Shown one piece after another: positions 1 through 14,249 of a stretch of DNA of 64,000 bases. A program made the translations under genes and the position numbers. Positions within the stretch are counted from its first letter, which is position 1. The number at the start of each line of letters is the position of its first letter. The stretch spans positions 128,526,001-128,590,000 of the forward strand of contig NC_042998.1 in assembly GCF_006345805.1 (NCBI RefSeq). The letters are read 5' to 3'. This DNA is from Octopus sinensis (taxonomy: Eukaryota). Under the pieces are notes generated by a model. The model was not told where the DNA came from. It made no database searches and was given only the letters and a program-made list of their open reading frames with translations.

Positions 1-879
1 ATCAAGCCAACCTACTTATTAGGTTTGAGTAATAAAATATTAAAAATTGTTTCATTTTTCATCAATTCTTGCTTTAACCTAAGTCATAAATACATTTCAG
101 AAATGGTGTCAACTTTGGATGTTGGTCCTCAATATTTCAAGTTATTTTTTAATATTTTGTTGACTTGTGTTTGTTTTATAACTTAGATCAAGCAGACTAT
201 CAAATTGAAATATCAGTCTCTTTTTCATTAGTCATAAAAGCTCTATAGTTGAGAGCAAAAATTTAAGTCAAGGATAGGGATAAGAACAGCAATATACTTG
301 TATCAACTGAGAATTGAAACCAAATTGCAGTTTTGATTGACAAAACACAGATCTAATGTCTAATTCCACCAACATATTCAACTAAGGAATATCAACAACA
401 ATTTTATTGTATATCTTGTTGAAATCCTATTAGGCTTTACAGCTGTTTTGGTTACATTTCACTGTCCTACATCATACTTCTAACTCATTCACTCTCACAC
501 ACACAATGAAGCCGTTGTTGTGTATAAAGAGAGAATTAGTGTATTGGTAAAAAATATAAAAAAGTCAGCTGTGTAAAATTCTTCCATTCTCAAGCAATGG
601 TTATTCTTACTGGCTGAATCACTAGTGTGGATTAAGTCTATCAAATAACTAAATACTTTTTCAATGGAAGAATAATTTCAGTTCAGGCACGGAAACTAAG
701 AAGGTACAATATATCTAAAAGTGCAAGTAACAAATATATTCAGATCATAGAAACTAATACTTTACACATTGGGAATGTAAAGAATCTGAAATTAACAAAA
801 GCATTTAAAATTATGCACATTTCATTAATTTAGTTATTTTCATAACTTATTCAATTCATTTAGAAGATAAAATTCTTAC

Positions 880-979
880 CAATGCTGACTTCAAATTCAA
901 TTGGTGCATCAATGCAGCTAACCATTGTTGCATTGAGGAAGGCAGCATGAAGTTTATAATTCCTTCGGCGCATGAATTT
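880..979 (-). CDS. MYOF-like: Ferlin exon KFMRRRNYKLHAAFLNATMVSCIDAPIEFEVSI(G); the gene continues beyond the window start
   Basis: ttaatccactag|AAA...ATT G|gtaaga, 100 nt, phase 0-1. Compare MYOF KYQRRRKYSL..FHSATM..IQFEVSIG. Confidence 0.95.
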
Positions 980-2635
980 CTAGTGGATTAAATAAAAGTT
1001 ATTGTTATTAAATGTCATACCCGGCAAAACAACAAAGACAAATTTTCACCAAAAACCTTTAACCCTTTTCACAAGTTAATTAATATCCTGGCTGTAAATA
1101 TTATGAAAAACTTTTTTAAGTAACATGAGAATCAGAATCACTCACTGAGTCCCTCTATATTTAAAAAGCTTAAAATATTTCAATTCTTGATTTACATGCA
1201 AGTATTGCTCTGTTTTAGAGCTCTCATTTGACTGTATTTGTTCTATGTTCTATGGGTATGGATATCAAGAAACAAAATTAACAGTGGATTCAAAGAGTTC
1301 AGAACACAAAATAAATACAAGTGATGAGTGATAAATAAATGAATTCAGTGGTTTTCTGACAAACACTTCTAAAGGTGCTATTTCAAATCATCAACAACAA
1401 CAATGGTTTATTCTCTGACAGATGTCATTAAAAAAAAAACCCAGGACCAAAAAAAAACAGTACTAACCAGTTTTTAAGATGCTATTTTATATGAAAGGGC
1501 CCAAATGAACACATCAGTGAAGATGGTTGCTATACTAATAACCAGAGGAATAATTCAGAGATACTGAAGTCAGAGAAAAGTGCATGGAAGAAAACACTTC
1601 TACAAGGACTAATGAGCTTTGTTCTTTAGAATTCATTTTTATGTAAAGAGTTCTAGAAGCTAACAAAAGTATTTCCCTCATCATTCCAGTATATGATTTA
1701 GTAGTTCAACTTCTTGAATCCATATCTCTAAAACAAGACCTTTCTTGTACCAAATCTCAAGACAATATGCTCTAAATGAAAATATGATGGTCCCAAATAG
1801 AATGTTAACTGAATAACAAAAAACACACACAATAGCAGTTTCAAACTACAGAATAATAAAGTATTGGAGATTATTACTCCAGCACAAGATGTATATTTGA
1901 TACAGCTATTAATGATTATAATATAAAAACATACAGACTGCCACTGTTTATTCAGATTCAAATACTTAAATTCACACCAAAATACATTAATTTCCCTTTA
2001 ATCTAACTTGATACATATTACATACCTAAATTAACATACAATGGAATACTGTTTCTCTAAGTATGTGGGATTGCCAAACTTCTAATAAATTTCAAATAAT
2101 TTCGCAATGCACCAACTTATCCATCTTGATGACATCTACAATCACTACCACCACCATCCCGTCTACATATATAAAAAACAGTTGTGAGAATAAATTAGCT
2201 TCAGCTTAAACATAAATGAATCTCACCATCATTGAATATTGCATGATACAGTGAAACAGTCTCATACTATATTGGAAGTGAACATATTTGGTATGCTGGA
2301 CATGTGTTACCTAAATATTTTCCAAATAAACTTATAGCTTAACCGCCTCCACCCCCGTCCACAACAAATTTCAAACAAAATTATTCCAAGTAACTTTTGG
2401 GAATCAATCAGGAATTCCAAGAAAATGTGATAGTAAATAAACAACTTAAAAATTAGTAACTTGGTTAAATAATCTTTCCAGTAACTATTATACTCATCAG
2501 AACAATTTTCTGAACAAGAATAAAGAATGCAATTTCTAAAAAGATAAACAAAGACTATGAAAATAATGTACAATAAAAAACATCAGTATGATTCAAAAGA
2601 CTAACAAGAAAAAAAAAAAAGAAAAGCAAATTAAC

Positions 2636-2749
2636 CTGCACTTTCAAGAGGTCATCATTTGGTATATCTGTTAGAGCAAGTTCTGGTAATTCTCCAAGAA
2701 CAGTTTTCAATTCCAACAGAGCCCTACCTCGATAGGCAACACCTTCTCC
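2636..2749 (-). CDS. MYOF-like: Ferlin exon GEGVAYRGRALLELKTVLGELPELALTDIPNDDLLKVQ
   Basis: tctcatttcag|GGA...CAG|gttaat, 114 nt. GEGVAYRGR signature. Confidence 0.95.
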
Positions 2750-3111
2750 CTGAAATGAGAAAGAAATATTCCATGAAATGTTTTAGAAAAAAAAAAAAGT
2801 CCTATACAAACATAGAAGTCCTTATACAACCTTTCAGAAATATACTACATTCTATAGAAAATAAATATTTACATCAATTTCTCCCAACACGAAATACATA
2901 GCTAGCCAAGGCTTTTACAAAGTAATTAATCTACTTATGGATTAATAAGGTTCTGAATTTATGAAGTTACTATATACTGGTATTAAGACATTGTACTGAT
3001 AAATGATTAATATTATGATAAATACATCTGGTCTGTGTGAAAAGATATGTTGTGATATCATGAAAGTAATCCCAATAATGCATTTTTGCTATACAGTATT
3101 ACAATACTGTA

Positions 3112-3292
3112 TACTATAGCAACATTATTTTCTTCTGTTTGTAGCCAAACTCAAATTTTGTTGGTCTACTTAAGTATGTATCTTACTTTCTAGTTTGTAA
3201 TTCTGTTCACTAGAAAGTAAGATACGTACTTAATTTAGTAGACCAACAAAATTTGAGTTTGGCTACAAACAGAAAATAATGTTGCTATAGTA
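3112..3292. mobile_element. Fold-back / MITE-like palindrome bounded by TA
   Basis: 83/84-bp inverted arms (3112-3194, 3209-3292), 14-nt spacer, 2 small indels and 1 substitution. Confidence 0.7.
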
Positions 3293-4006
3293 GTGAAGCC
3301 TTATGGTCCGAACCTGTGACTTTTAAATTCATAGTAGAGCTTTAACCATTTCATTGCAATGACTCATCATTATGGTGTAATAGATTATTTCAGTAGCATA
3401 TCTGTTATCTATAACCATCTTTAAATCTGTGATAATAATCTGTCTGAGACAGGCCCAGATTCTATGATACACACTTCTTGCTCAAAAGTGATCTGAATTA
3501 AAATCTTCCATCAAAATTTCACATTAATTCACATTCCAAACACTAGCTAATAGTGACAAAGCTATTTTCAAAGAGTTAATTGAAGGAAATTCAATGCTTT
3601 TTAACAGAAATATAGTAACAAAAGGGTTAAATACTGTCTTAATCTCGTATTCTTATTTAATGAATTTACTAATACTCAACTAAGGATCTCATTGTAAAAA
3701 TACTGTTATCACTGATATAAGTTTGATATTTATAAATAGCAACAATAATTAATTGTATAACATCTTCTGCTAGCATAGATATAGCAAGTAGTAAATACTT
3801 GCTAATTCAAACTTTTGTCTTCTATTAGTTTCTGTAATTGCTTGTATGGAATATTTGTTCAGCTGATGATTAGCCCTAAGTTTCAGATTTATAGGTTTGC
3901 AAGGAATGGAATGTTCATATCCTTCTTAAAGGAGATTAATAGATTTGAATTGCTAAAAGCAGTAACTAGAAAAAAGTACAAAAAAACACGAAGAAAAATT
4001 GCTTAC

Positions 4007-4107
4007 TTTTCCAATGTTCAGATCATCAAATTCATCAGGCAAATCAGAATATTCCCTTGTGGAACCATAGAAATTTACAAAGCATGGCCCAAATGTTGGA
4101 AGAAATC
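4007..4107 (-). CDS. MYOF-like: Ferlin exon (G)[33 protein letters not shown]
   Basis: cttgttattctag|GA TTT...AAA|gtaagc, 101 nt, phase 1-0. GFLPTFGPC ferlin signature. Confidence 0.96.
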
Positions 4108-7100
4108 CTAGAATAACAAGTTAAATGTGTTGAATTTTTGTAATCTATTAAAATACTGATAGAATGTAGAATTTTCTTCAAAGAATAAATATGCATTTAT
4201 TAAAAAATATCTAAAAAAAGGTTTAAGCTAATCTAGAATAAGAAATGATATACTCAATTTTAATCTAATACAAAATATTTTCAAATTGTTCAATATATAT
4301 TATTGAGTGTTTTTTACAAGAATTTTAAACATGCACACGCACGCACACACACACACACACACAAAAGTTGCGAAGTAGACTCATTTATGTGTTTGCTAGA
4401 TAAAGAATTCACTTTTGGTATAGACACAAAGCCTTATATTTATTTGTAAAAGGAAAACAAGGATGAATAATATGACATTACACTTTGAGACTTGAAACCA
4501 TCTCAATCATGGCTTACTGTGTTTTATATTTTGATAATATACATTGCCTATTTAGAACTCCAAAATAATGTGAATTATTCAAGGAGACCACACACAGTGG
4601 AAAATTGCTTGTAGAATTTTATGTCAAGCTAATTTACTAAAGGCTAAGCTTTAGAACTCTTATTGAATCTGCATTCTAATGAGGTTTTCAGATTCTAATT
4701 ACAATATTAGATCTTATCAAAGTGCAAATTTGAGAGAAAAAACAAAAGTAGAGCATATATCAACAAATGTTTGATTAATTTTAAAAGGTAACAGGAAGGG
4801 TGGGGTTATATGAAAGCAAATCAAGAGGGCAAAAAGAAAATCTAAAGAAGTTAAATGCAAATAAGCAAGCATGGTTTAGATGATAAGCGTTTATTTAGAA
4901 TATATCTATATTTTAAAGCCAAACAAATAATGAAACTATTTAGCATAAATTTTCTTTTTTACCTGAATTAATTGGCTATTAAAAGTTGTTTAAATAAAAA
5001 TAATTCCAAAATTGGAGTTAAACAAATTAAAAAAAGTTTTGAGTAATATGCAAACTGAATACACAGATATAAGAAATAAAAATCAAAAGGAAAAAAAAGT
5101 TGGGCATTATTGAAATTTCAATTGATAATTAGTTTAACTTATGTAAATGTTTGAGTCAACATGTGGTTGGAGAGTACACCAAAGGGATAATATAAATAGT
5201 AATTTCTTAATTAAATGTGATGCATTTGATAAGAAACAGTACCATATTAGAAGCAAAATTTCATAGGTGTATGTAAAATCAAAACCTTTAATACTAGCTG
5301 CCATGAAATAGTGTTTTTGATTAACTAAATCTTTGTCCCAAATTTGTATAAGAAATAATGACATCCATGCCATTTTCAAGAAGAATTAATGCAAAAGTAT
5401 CAAAATAGGGCTTAGACTCAATTTTTAGTGACCCTACCACTGCACTTGACAACCACACATTTTTGTGTGTTTTACATAAGTATATTATTCAGCTAGACAA
5501 TAAAAATAATAAAAAATTAGCGACAATTTTATAAACAAGTTGTCCGAAATGAGGAGTAATTTGAAACAAATGTTATTGATTTTTGTCAGTGACATATGTT
5601 TCAAACACGGAGACAAATAACTGGTAATGAGAGCAATGAAACAAAAACAGATTCAGAAATAGGGAAGGGGATATACCAACTGCTAAAATTCTGAATATTG
5701 ATTTTAAAGAAAATATTTTATAATTATTTTTCATATCTTTAAAAAAAAGTACATATAAAGAACATTTAAAGGAAAAATGAAATATTAAAACAAACCAAAA
5801 AACATTAAAACTTCTGAAAATTTAACAGAGAACTTATAGCATTCAGATGTTGTCTCACACACAAAGAAATAAAAGTAAAAAAAAAACAAAAAAAAAAAAA
5901 AACAATCAATGGCAACAATTCTGAATTGATAAGAACATTCTAGCATGTAGCAGCATCCTTATGTTGGACAACAATCAGAGGAAAAAGCATCCAGATATGG
6001 TTTTATGGGTCTGAGTCGTGCTGTGAAGATGAAAGATCAATTAGACATCTGGAGGGAAGGATTAAAGAAGTGAATAAACAGTTTATATATATATATATAT
6101 ATGAAATAATGAAGAGATGAGGACAAGGCATCAGTCATATAAAAGAGCTGTTGATACAAAGCATCAATCATACACACGAGATAATAGAAGCTCAAGATGA
6201 AATTTTCTTCTCACCCTTAAACTACAGGTAATGTTATCTCAAGGAAGCCACATTAGCTCTCGATTTGGCAAAGTGCATCATAATTCAATTCACTACAGTT
6301 CGGACTTTGCATCTCCTGATACCCTCTATTAAGTCCAATATATAGAACTAAGTCATAAATTATCACAGCTTATTACTAGTGTTATAATTTATTTTTACAA
6401 AGGGAAATTGAATAAGTAGGGTACTGAAATGAATAAGGAACTCCATACACTGTTTTAGCTTTTAGCTCAAGATAAACCATGTGTAAGGAATTATAGGATC
6501 AAAAGCTTTCCAGCTATGGTCACTCCATCTTTTTCCTATTTGCAGGACATTCAAGGCCTCATTATGTAATGTGTTATTTTTTTTTTAGAGTGTGATCCAA
6601 GGGACATTTGCTGGCTACTTCTACAAAGTTGAGCAATCATATATAGTCTCTCCCATCTGTGTAAAAGTGGATTCTTCTTGCAAAGTAAACAGAAAAAAGA
6701 AAACACTTCACCCATATTTGTAACAATGGGCCAGTGTGAAGAGGGTCCATCAATATATGCATCAATGAGTATTTGATGAGACTTAATACATGAAATAGAA
6801 TAGGATTGCCAGCTTCTGAAGTTCAGGCTTGCTTGTTATCATCAGAGTGATGACACTAAACAAGTCAAAACTTCAAGTAAGAATCAACCTTTTCCTTGTA
6901 TAAATTAATAAACATGCTCTCAACTAAAAAAAATATTAGTTTAATGTTAAATTGTTTTTATATATAACTTCACATAAAAACAAACATTAGTATACATATA
7001 TCAAGGATTTTAGCAAAGGTATGCTGCAATCCTGCATGGCATTAGAGGAGGCTAAAAGTGTTGGCATCAGGAAAAATGTCCTGTGGTAAAGCATTTGCTC

Positions 7101-7525
7101 AAAAAGACATGTTTAATCCATGCCTACATGGAATGGCAGATGTAAAAACAAATGGGGGCATAGGAAAATGTGAGTGTGACTGGGTGGGGTGGGGAACATA
7201 GCAAGAGTTAGAATGGAAAAGAGGAAGACAGTGGAAATGTTCAAGAATGGGAAAAGGACAAAAAGCAAGCAGAGAGAGAGAGAGAAAAAGAGCAAAATTG
7301 GGTGGGTAGGGACAGAGAGCATACAGGGGAAAGGGTAATAAAAGGCAGTAGGATATATTTATTTGTATGTAAAGAGAGTACAGTTGAGGCAATGAGAAAG
7401 AGAGAGAATGAGATGGAGAAGCCAGGTGGGAAAACAAAAAAAAAAATTGGGGAAAAATATGAAGAAAACTGGATCACTTGATTCTGATTTGTCGACAGAT
7501 AAAAGGAGATATTTGGAAGAGTTAC

Positions 7526-7537
7526 CTGGGTAAGTAC
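7526..7537 (-). CDS. Candidate 12-nt frame-preserving microexon (adds TYPG)
   Basis: gttttattttttttaaag|GTACTTACCCAG|gtaact inside the phase-1 intron 4108-14249. Symmetric and stop-free. Confidence 0.4.
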
Positions 7538-7775
7538 CTTTAAAAAAAATAAAACATTTAATCAGAAATAAAAACTGAATTCTAAAAAAACAAAAACAAT
7601 TTAGTAAAAAAATATTTGTATAAAATAAATTTCAAAAATTAGTTAATACATTTTCTAAGCAAAATAAAATTTTGTAGTTAGACAATAAGCAGTTATTTTA
7701 GTGCACACACAAATTCAGAAATGTAGTTTAGGCAAAAGATAGCAAATCTTTGAACCGACACCATAAGTGTGGCAA

Positions 7776-7983
7776 TAACCCTTTAGTATCCACATTACTG
7801 TCATATGTAATGCTTATTTCCACCATTTTGAATTAATTATGCATTGTCTTGCAGCTTCAAGATTTTGATGATGTGATTGTTTATTTTTAGAATGACATTA
7901 TAGGGTAGGTTAAATATGACTGACTTGAACATAAAACAGAATATTTGGGCTGGATATATCTAATTTAAATACTAAAGGGTTAA
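7776..7983. mobile_element. MITE with (T)TAA-CCCT termini (piggyBac-like ends); degenerate relative at about 30468-30650
   Basis: Terminal inverted repeats TAACCCTTTAGTA / TACTAAAGGGTTA. The internal sequence is shared with the 30.5-kb copy. Confidence 0.6.
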
Positions 7984-8309
7984 GCATTTAACCTTATATA
8001 AGCAAACATACACACATACATATATTTACAGGAGTACAATGGGATCACAAATATAATGCTCCCTTATGTGTTTAATGACTTTTGACTAAATTCTGTGACT
8101 AAGTTTATATTTTGCATTATAAGTAACGTCTCTTTTTCACATCCATACTTCTACTATAAGATTGCATATTGAAGATTTTATTTTTAAGAGTGTATATTTC
8201 AGAAATAATACTTAAATATTTTAAACAGTAATTTAAAAAAAATTAATAATCACTTTTAAACAATCTATTTTTTAAAAGCTCTAGCTTATATGTGTGTGTG
8301 AGTGTGTGT

Positions 8310-9265
8310 GGAAGAGGTAGACCCAGGAAGACCTGGCATGAGGTGGTGAAGCATGACGTTTGAACATTAGGCCTCACCAAGGCAATGACTAGTGACCGAG
8401 GCCTTTGGAAATATGCTGTGCTTGAGAAGACCTGGCAAGTCAAGTGAGACCATAACCCATGGCCTATGTTAGTGGTGTAACCAGCCCACTTAGGCGTACC
8501 TTTCTTTTATTGGACACTAAACACTGCTTGCAAAGACCTGTTGATGCAATTGAAATCGAAATCAAATATAAGTGGCAGGATATTCCTTCACAATATCCTG
8601 CCGCTTAAATTATGGCATTCGGACCTCAAGAGTATGCTCTGGCACTTGCTACCATCTATATCTCTCTCTTCCTTTACTCAACCATCTCATTTATATTCTG
8701 ATCCCCATCCCTTGTGAGTATGTCCGACATTTTGCCACCATCTGTCTCCCACTTTTTCCTTCTCCTGCACTTCCCTCAGGTTGGGTAACCATGTATCTCC
8801 CTTGCAGTAGCGCACCTGTTTCTGTTTCTCTGTCTCACTATAACCTTTCATCATCTGACATAAGGTCACTCCAAATTTTTTTTTTGTTTTGCGAGTGCTT
8901 GGTAACCCTGTCAATGCAGGTGAAACTTAAAAGCATCCAGTCCACACTGTAAGGTGGTTGGTGTTCAGAAGGGTATCCAGCCATAAAAACCTTGCCAAAA
9001 TTGACCTTGCCTGTGCTTGTGCCACGTAAAAAGCACTAAGTCCACACTGCTGAGAGGTTGGTTTAGGAAGGGCATCCAACTGTAAAAATCCTGCCAAAAC
9101 AGACACAGAAGTCTGGTGCAGGCTTCTGCCTGGCTGGCTCTTGTCAAACCATCCGATCCATGCCAGCATGGAAGGCAGATGTTAAATGATGATGATTATA
9201 TATATATGTGTGGGTGTGTGTGTGTCTCACCCATACCAGCATGGAAGGCAGACATTAAACGATGA
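8310..9265. mobile_element. Cluster of abundant SINE/RTE-tail-like repeat fragments (GGAAGGGCATCCAGC...CATGGAAGGCAGATGTTAAATGATGATGAT family)
   Basis: The same motifs recur at about 10370-10915, 22705-22890, 41190-41400, 56150-56475, 56630-57095 and 63040-63255, often with (GAT)n/(CAT)n tails. Boundaries are approximate. Confidence 0.7.
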
Positions 9266-9290
9266 TATATATGAGTCTAGCACATTTAGC

Positions 9291-9468
9291 ATCCCCATGG
9301 ACAATAACCCAGCAAAGACAATTACCCCGGAGGACAACAAATGATGATTTAAAACTTCTTAATATATTGGAGAGGGAGTAATTAACCAAGGGGTGTAATT
9401 GTCCTAGGAGGTAGTTGTCGTCAGGCGAATTGTCCTATGGGGGGGGGGGGTAATTGTCCTGATACGGA
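9291..9468. mobile_element. MITE-like element with subterminal GGACAATTACCCC / GGGTAATTGTCC repeats
   Basis: About 3 forward motif copies on the left and 3-4 inverted copies on the right, ending GGGGGTAATTGTCCTGATACGG. Confidence 0.5.
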
Positions 9469-12400
9469 TATATTTATGTGCGTGTATTTATTTATTGTCA
9501 AGTTTAGAGAACCCTATTAAGATATGGTAAGAAAATCAAAGATAAATAATCAATAAGACATATCAAAACAAACAAGTAATGTACAACTCCACTTCATGGT
9601 CACATATTGCACACATACTGACGACTATAGTATATGACTATATTTGCAGACAAACTCTAAAAATGTTTTAAATCAATGACTGTCTTAGCGATTAGAGTAC
9701 TACCATCAGTAACCTCTTTTTCCTAAAATAATAATTTGTCATGTAATTTCAAGGTAGATGTGTTCAGCCTCCTAAACAATATGAACACCCTGAAAAAGGA
9801 AACAACAAAATTGATTTATGTTATTTGGTAGAGTCAGAGACACTGCTTTCCCTTGTAACCAATAGTAATATTTATGTTTCAACTCACATCTTCAAACTTT
9901 GCTAAATTTACAGAACTTTCCTCATCATGAGTTCCGTTTTGGATTGTACAAAGAATGAGGTTCTTTAAGTCTTAGTGAAAAAGGCTAACTATTTATGATT
10001 TTGTGTTCAATTTTTCATTTTGGAACAATACTGGTACATTTGTATAGTTAAAATTTGATGTCCCCTCTTTCCATAATCCAACCATATGATACTGTTGAAG
10101 TAGAGATCTACATTTTCTGATTGATGGAACCTAAAGAACTCTGTAACACATTTGATCCATAAAAATTCAGAGCATTAAACAGTCAGCTAGCATGACATCT
10201 GCCATTTGTCCACTTTTAATGAGAGGATAGCTTTGTAAATTTGGACACTGACATAAAGAAGTTTTAATTTTTGTGACTAATTATTTAACTGAGAAACCAA
10301 TGAAGAGAGAAAGGTTTTGTTTACAAATATAGCATGATAACTGTAGCAAAAATTAAGCTCATGATCTGGGATGAGGTGGTGAAACACCACCTTTGAACGT
10401 TGGGCCTCACAGAAGTGATGATGAGTGACCAAGACCTTTGGAGATATGCTGTGCTTGGGAAGACCCCATGAGCCAAGTGAGACCATAACCATGGCCTATG
10501 CCAGTGCAGCACAACTGGCCCATTTAAGAGTACCCTTCAATCACTGGGCAATAAACTGTGCTTGCAAAGACCTGTTGAGGCAAGTGAACTCATTGTTGTG
10601 ACCGATGCCAGTACCACCTGACTGGCACCCATCCTGATGGCATGTAAAAGGCACCATTTGAGCTTGGTTGATGCCAGTGCCGCCTGATTGGCTCCTCTGT
10701 CAGTGGCATGTAAAAAGTACCATTCAAGCATGGTTGTTGCCAGTGCCGCTTGAATGGCTCCCAAGCGGTTGGCATTAGGAAGGGCATCCAGCAGTAGAAA
10801 CCTTACCAGATCAGATTGGAGCCTGGTACAGCTTTGTGGCTTGCCAGTCCTCAGTCAAACCATGCAACCCATGGCAGTAAGGAAAGCGGATGTCAAACAA
10901 CGATGATGATGACAACCTTGATGCTACTTTTTCATTCACTTCTGAAGATAGAATATGCTATGCCTGGTGATCTAAGCCAGGGAGCCTATATGCAATTACT
11001 CAACCTGCTAAAAAAAGCCAAATCTCCTTTAAATCATACCATACCATTTTAAAGTAAAAGGGCATATCAGATATCCTATACTTGGAAACAATAGGATTGT
11101 CAAGTTTTTAATACCTCTGATTGCAAATATGCTTGATCAGTACTGTTGACATAGAACTAAACAATAACTAAGCATGGGCAATGAGAGAGCATCTACATTG
11201 TTTAACCTACAAGAAATAGCAGCCAAAACCCATTCTAAACAATTTTTTGATAAGGTAGTTCTGGTACAGTGCCTGAAATGAGGATTGGAAGGTCATGGCT
11301 GGAAAGCCTTGATTAAAGGTCCATTCAATCCACTCTGATCACAAGCTAAATAACAAGAATAGACAACAATGGTTTGGACTTGTGGTCATGTGATCAGAAG
11401 TCCTACATCTTCATCTTCCAGCTATTGTATATTTTAACATACATCAAAACAGCAAATTTAATATGGTCAGTAGTAATATATAAAAGCTATCCAGAGTAGC
11501 AATTACATTAACATATGAAACAGTATTAGAAATATGAAAAATAACTAGATTCTACTCATTCAGACAGGCATTCAACTGTTATGCTCTATTTCTAGACATA
11601 CACATTACATAAGACTTGATATAAATATACGATTATTACAGTTTTCAGTTTTTACTATTAAGCATTATTAGTACGTCTTTGATTTGCCTATTGCAGAACC
11701 AGTGAATGAAAGAGTACCAAGAGTTTAGGAAATTAGTTTTATTAAAAAGATAAAAAGACTATGTTAGATGAAAATTCAACAGTCTTTTTATTACAGCTAC
11801 TAAAAATGTACAAATGTGCAACATGTAGCAAGTTGAATTAAAAGGTTCTAGCAAGCCTGAAATATTAGGTTTGTTACAGCAAAACTGCTCAACTATTTTA
11901 TATAGAAAGGTCCCATCTGGAGTTTTTCATTTTGTTGGTTTAACAATCTTTTAGTTTTTTTATTTCTATGATGGTTGATTAGTTGAGATCTGTAAAACTA
12001 GTTAAATACTCTGTGCGACAACTTACAACTTGCATTAGGCACACATCTCATGGTTATCTGCTCCTCACCTTTCTTTAATATTCCCTATTCTTCTGATTAG
12101 TTTAGATCATAAGTACTTTAGGTGTATGTATGTACATATGAGTCACAGATGGTATAATGATTGGCATTCATATTGATTGTGACCGATGAGTGTCCAGCTG
12201 TTCAATCAACTGGATAACCTGCTCATTGAATTAGCATGCAACACAACTGAGTATTCCACAGACAACTTTACCTCAACATAATCCCAGGAGAAACCAACAT
12301 GACTCAAGTGTGATAAGGCTCTACCTTTCAATAACAAGTGCAATCTATACAACAAGCATCTGTATGATTTCTTTCAATTCAAATATACTCATAAGGCTTG

Positions 12401-14249
12401 AATTAGCATGTGGTTATGGAATGTGCCCAAGGCTTCATGTTTGTGAACTTATTCAGCACCCAGCCAAACCTGTGTCCATGAAACTGCTAATTAACTGGTG
12501 GAACAGTTGACCTTGTAAGCAGTGACAGAAATGGACCTATGTATTCTTGCCCGACAGTTATGTCACTGCTTCATCAGTTACATCAACAGAGTCATATGAA
12601 TCAGTGTAGAAACATTTTATGCAAGTTTTTGTTTTTACATTAATTTTCTCACTGTTGCATGGGTGGAATGGTTTAAGTGAGGCAATTGTTTTTTTGCGGT
12701 TGGATAGTGGTCTTTGTATTGTGATCATTCAAGAATAAAAAATATAGTTTTAATGTATAATTTTACAATAGTTTTTTCCGCTTGCAAATATATCTAAACC
12801 CAGAAGGTTTTTTCATATGTATACATACATACATACAAAAAAAAAAAAAAAAAAAAAAAAATCATTGCAAAGTAGAATTTTTAAATTTTACCTTCACCAA
12901 CAAACAACCATTAAATATAGTTTAAAACCATGTCGCTCAGAATGAATAAACAATTATAAGGATTATGAAGAAAGAAAGCTCTTGGGTTGAGGGGATATTT
13001 TGGATTACCTATAAAAAATTTAGATGCTTATTGATGTGACAATTTCAATTCCACATTATGCTTGTGAAGACCCATCTATCAGTCAAAGTGAGGTCCTCAG
13101 AGCATTATGTTTATACCTGTACATAGTGAGCCCTGCCCTGGTACCCAATTTGCTCCCACCAAATACTCTCCACTTCTCATCTCCCTAATACTGATCACCT
13201 CCATTAATCTATGGCATTACACATCTAATGCAATCATTTGAAAGCAGAATTGGTGCACATTTCATTGCTTCTTTTGTGCTACCAGTTATCTCTCCCAAGA
13301 ACTACTTTCTATTTATGTCTATCTCTCATTATCATCCCTTCCCATACTATTTCCACAGATCACTTCTTTTCTGTGCCTTTAGTTATCTTTCCCTCTACTC
13401 TGAGCCACATCTCAGATCTACCATCCCTCATTTTTAATATCTGCTATCATTCTCAGCATTCTCTCATACGTGTCATCAATGCCTTGCCATCATCATCATT
13501 CCAATCACTGTTACCACTCTTATTGTACCCACCATTTCTGTATATCTCCTTCCTTTCCTGTGCTGCAACTTGTCACCTCCTCCTTCCTGAGCCACTCCTC
13601 TCTCTCTCTCCCCCACAACTCTCACCTTCATATTGATGTTTACCATTAACCACCTCTCCACCCTCATTCATCTCTACCTCCATTTCTAATCACCTATCCC
13701 TCTCTTCACATTCTTATGAAATTACCCATCCTCTCTTTCCCTCTGATCCACATTCGGTACTCTCAATTATATTCACTTTCTTGTACCTTGAGAGTTTGCT
13801 CTGGCATCTCATCACTGCCACTTTTATCTTCTCTCCAGCTACTACCACCCACGCTTATATAAAGTAGAGTAGCCATGTATCTCCTCTATAGTAAGACAAC
13901 TATCCTGTGTCATATTTTAGCCCCTCAACATCTGGCATAAAACCACCTTCCCCTCATTCCATACACTCCAATTCATTTGGAGAGGATTTTTATATAAAAA
14001 GTGGTGGGAAGAAATAATCATTTCTGTTTTTCAGACATTAATTTTAAACTATATTTAATCCCTATCAATTGTCCATTGCAAACATGCTTTAACACCATGG
14101 AAAATGTAGAACATAAAATTAACTTTTACCTTCCATAGTGCAAGGAAAAATAAAAAGATTTAGAATTGACAGAAAGACAACAACCAATGAAGAAAGCAGG
14201 CACATCTTTTTTTAAAAGAAAGTAAATAGTTAGGATATTGAATAATCAC

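Noticed and set aside
3815-4111. Plus-strand ORFs overlapping exons (also 2659-2901 and 57631-57867)
   Set aside because: Antisense to real or candidate ferlin exons, with no independent protein features.
4961-4980. 13-nt microexon-like AG..GT on the minus strand
   Set aside because: Not a multiple of three and has weak splice signals.
9888-9962. 75-nt exon-like segment on the minus strand with a GTGAGT donor
   Set aside because: In the phase-1 frame required by this intron it contains three TGA stops, and the acceptor is weak. At most a speculative poison exon.
14129-14205. Polypyrimidine tract followed by AG|GTAAAA about 120 nt after the 14250 donor
   Set aside because: As an exon it would be 76 nt with a 44-nt upstream intron and would shift frame. 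As an exon extension it hits TAA. It is too close to the donor to be a convincing recursive site.
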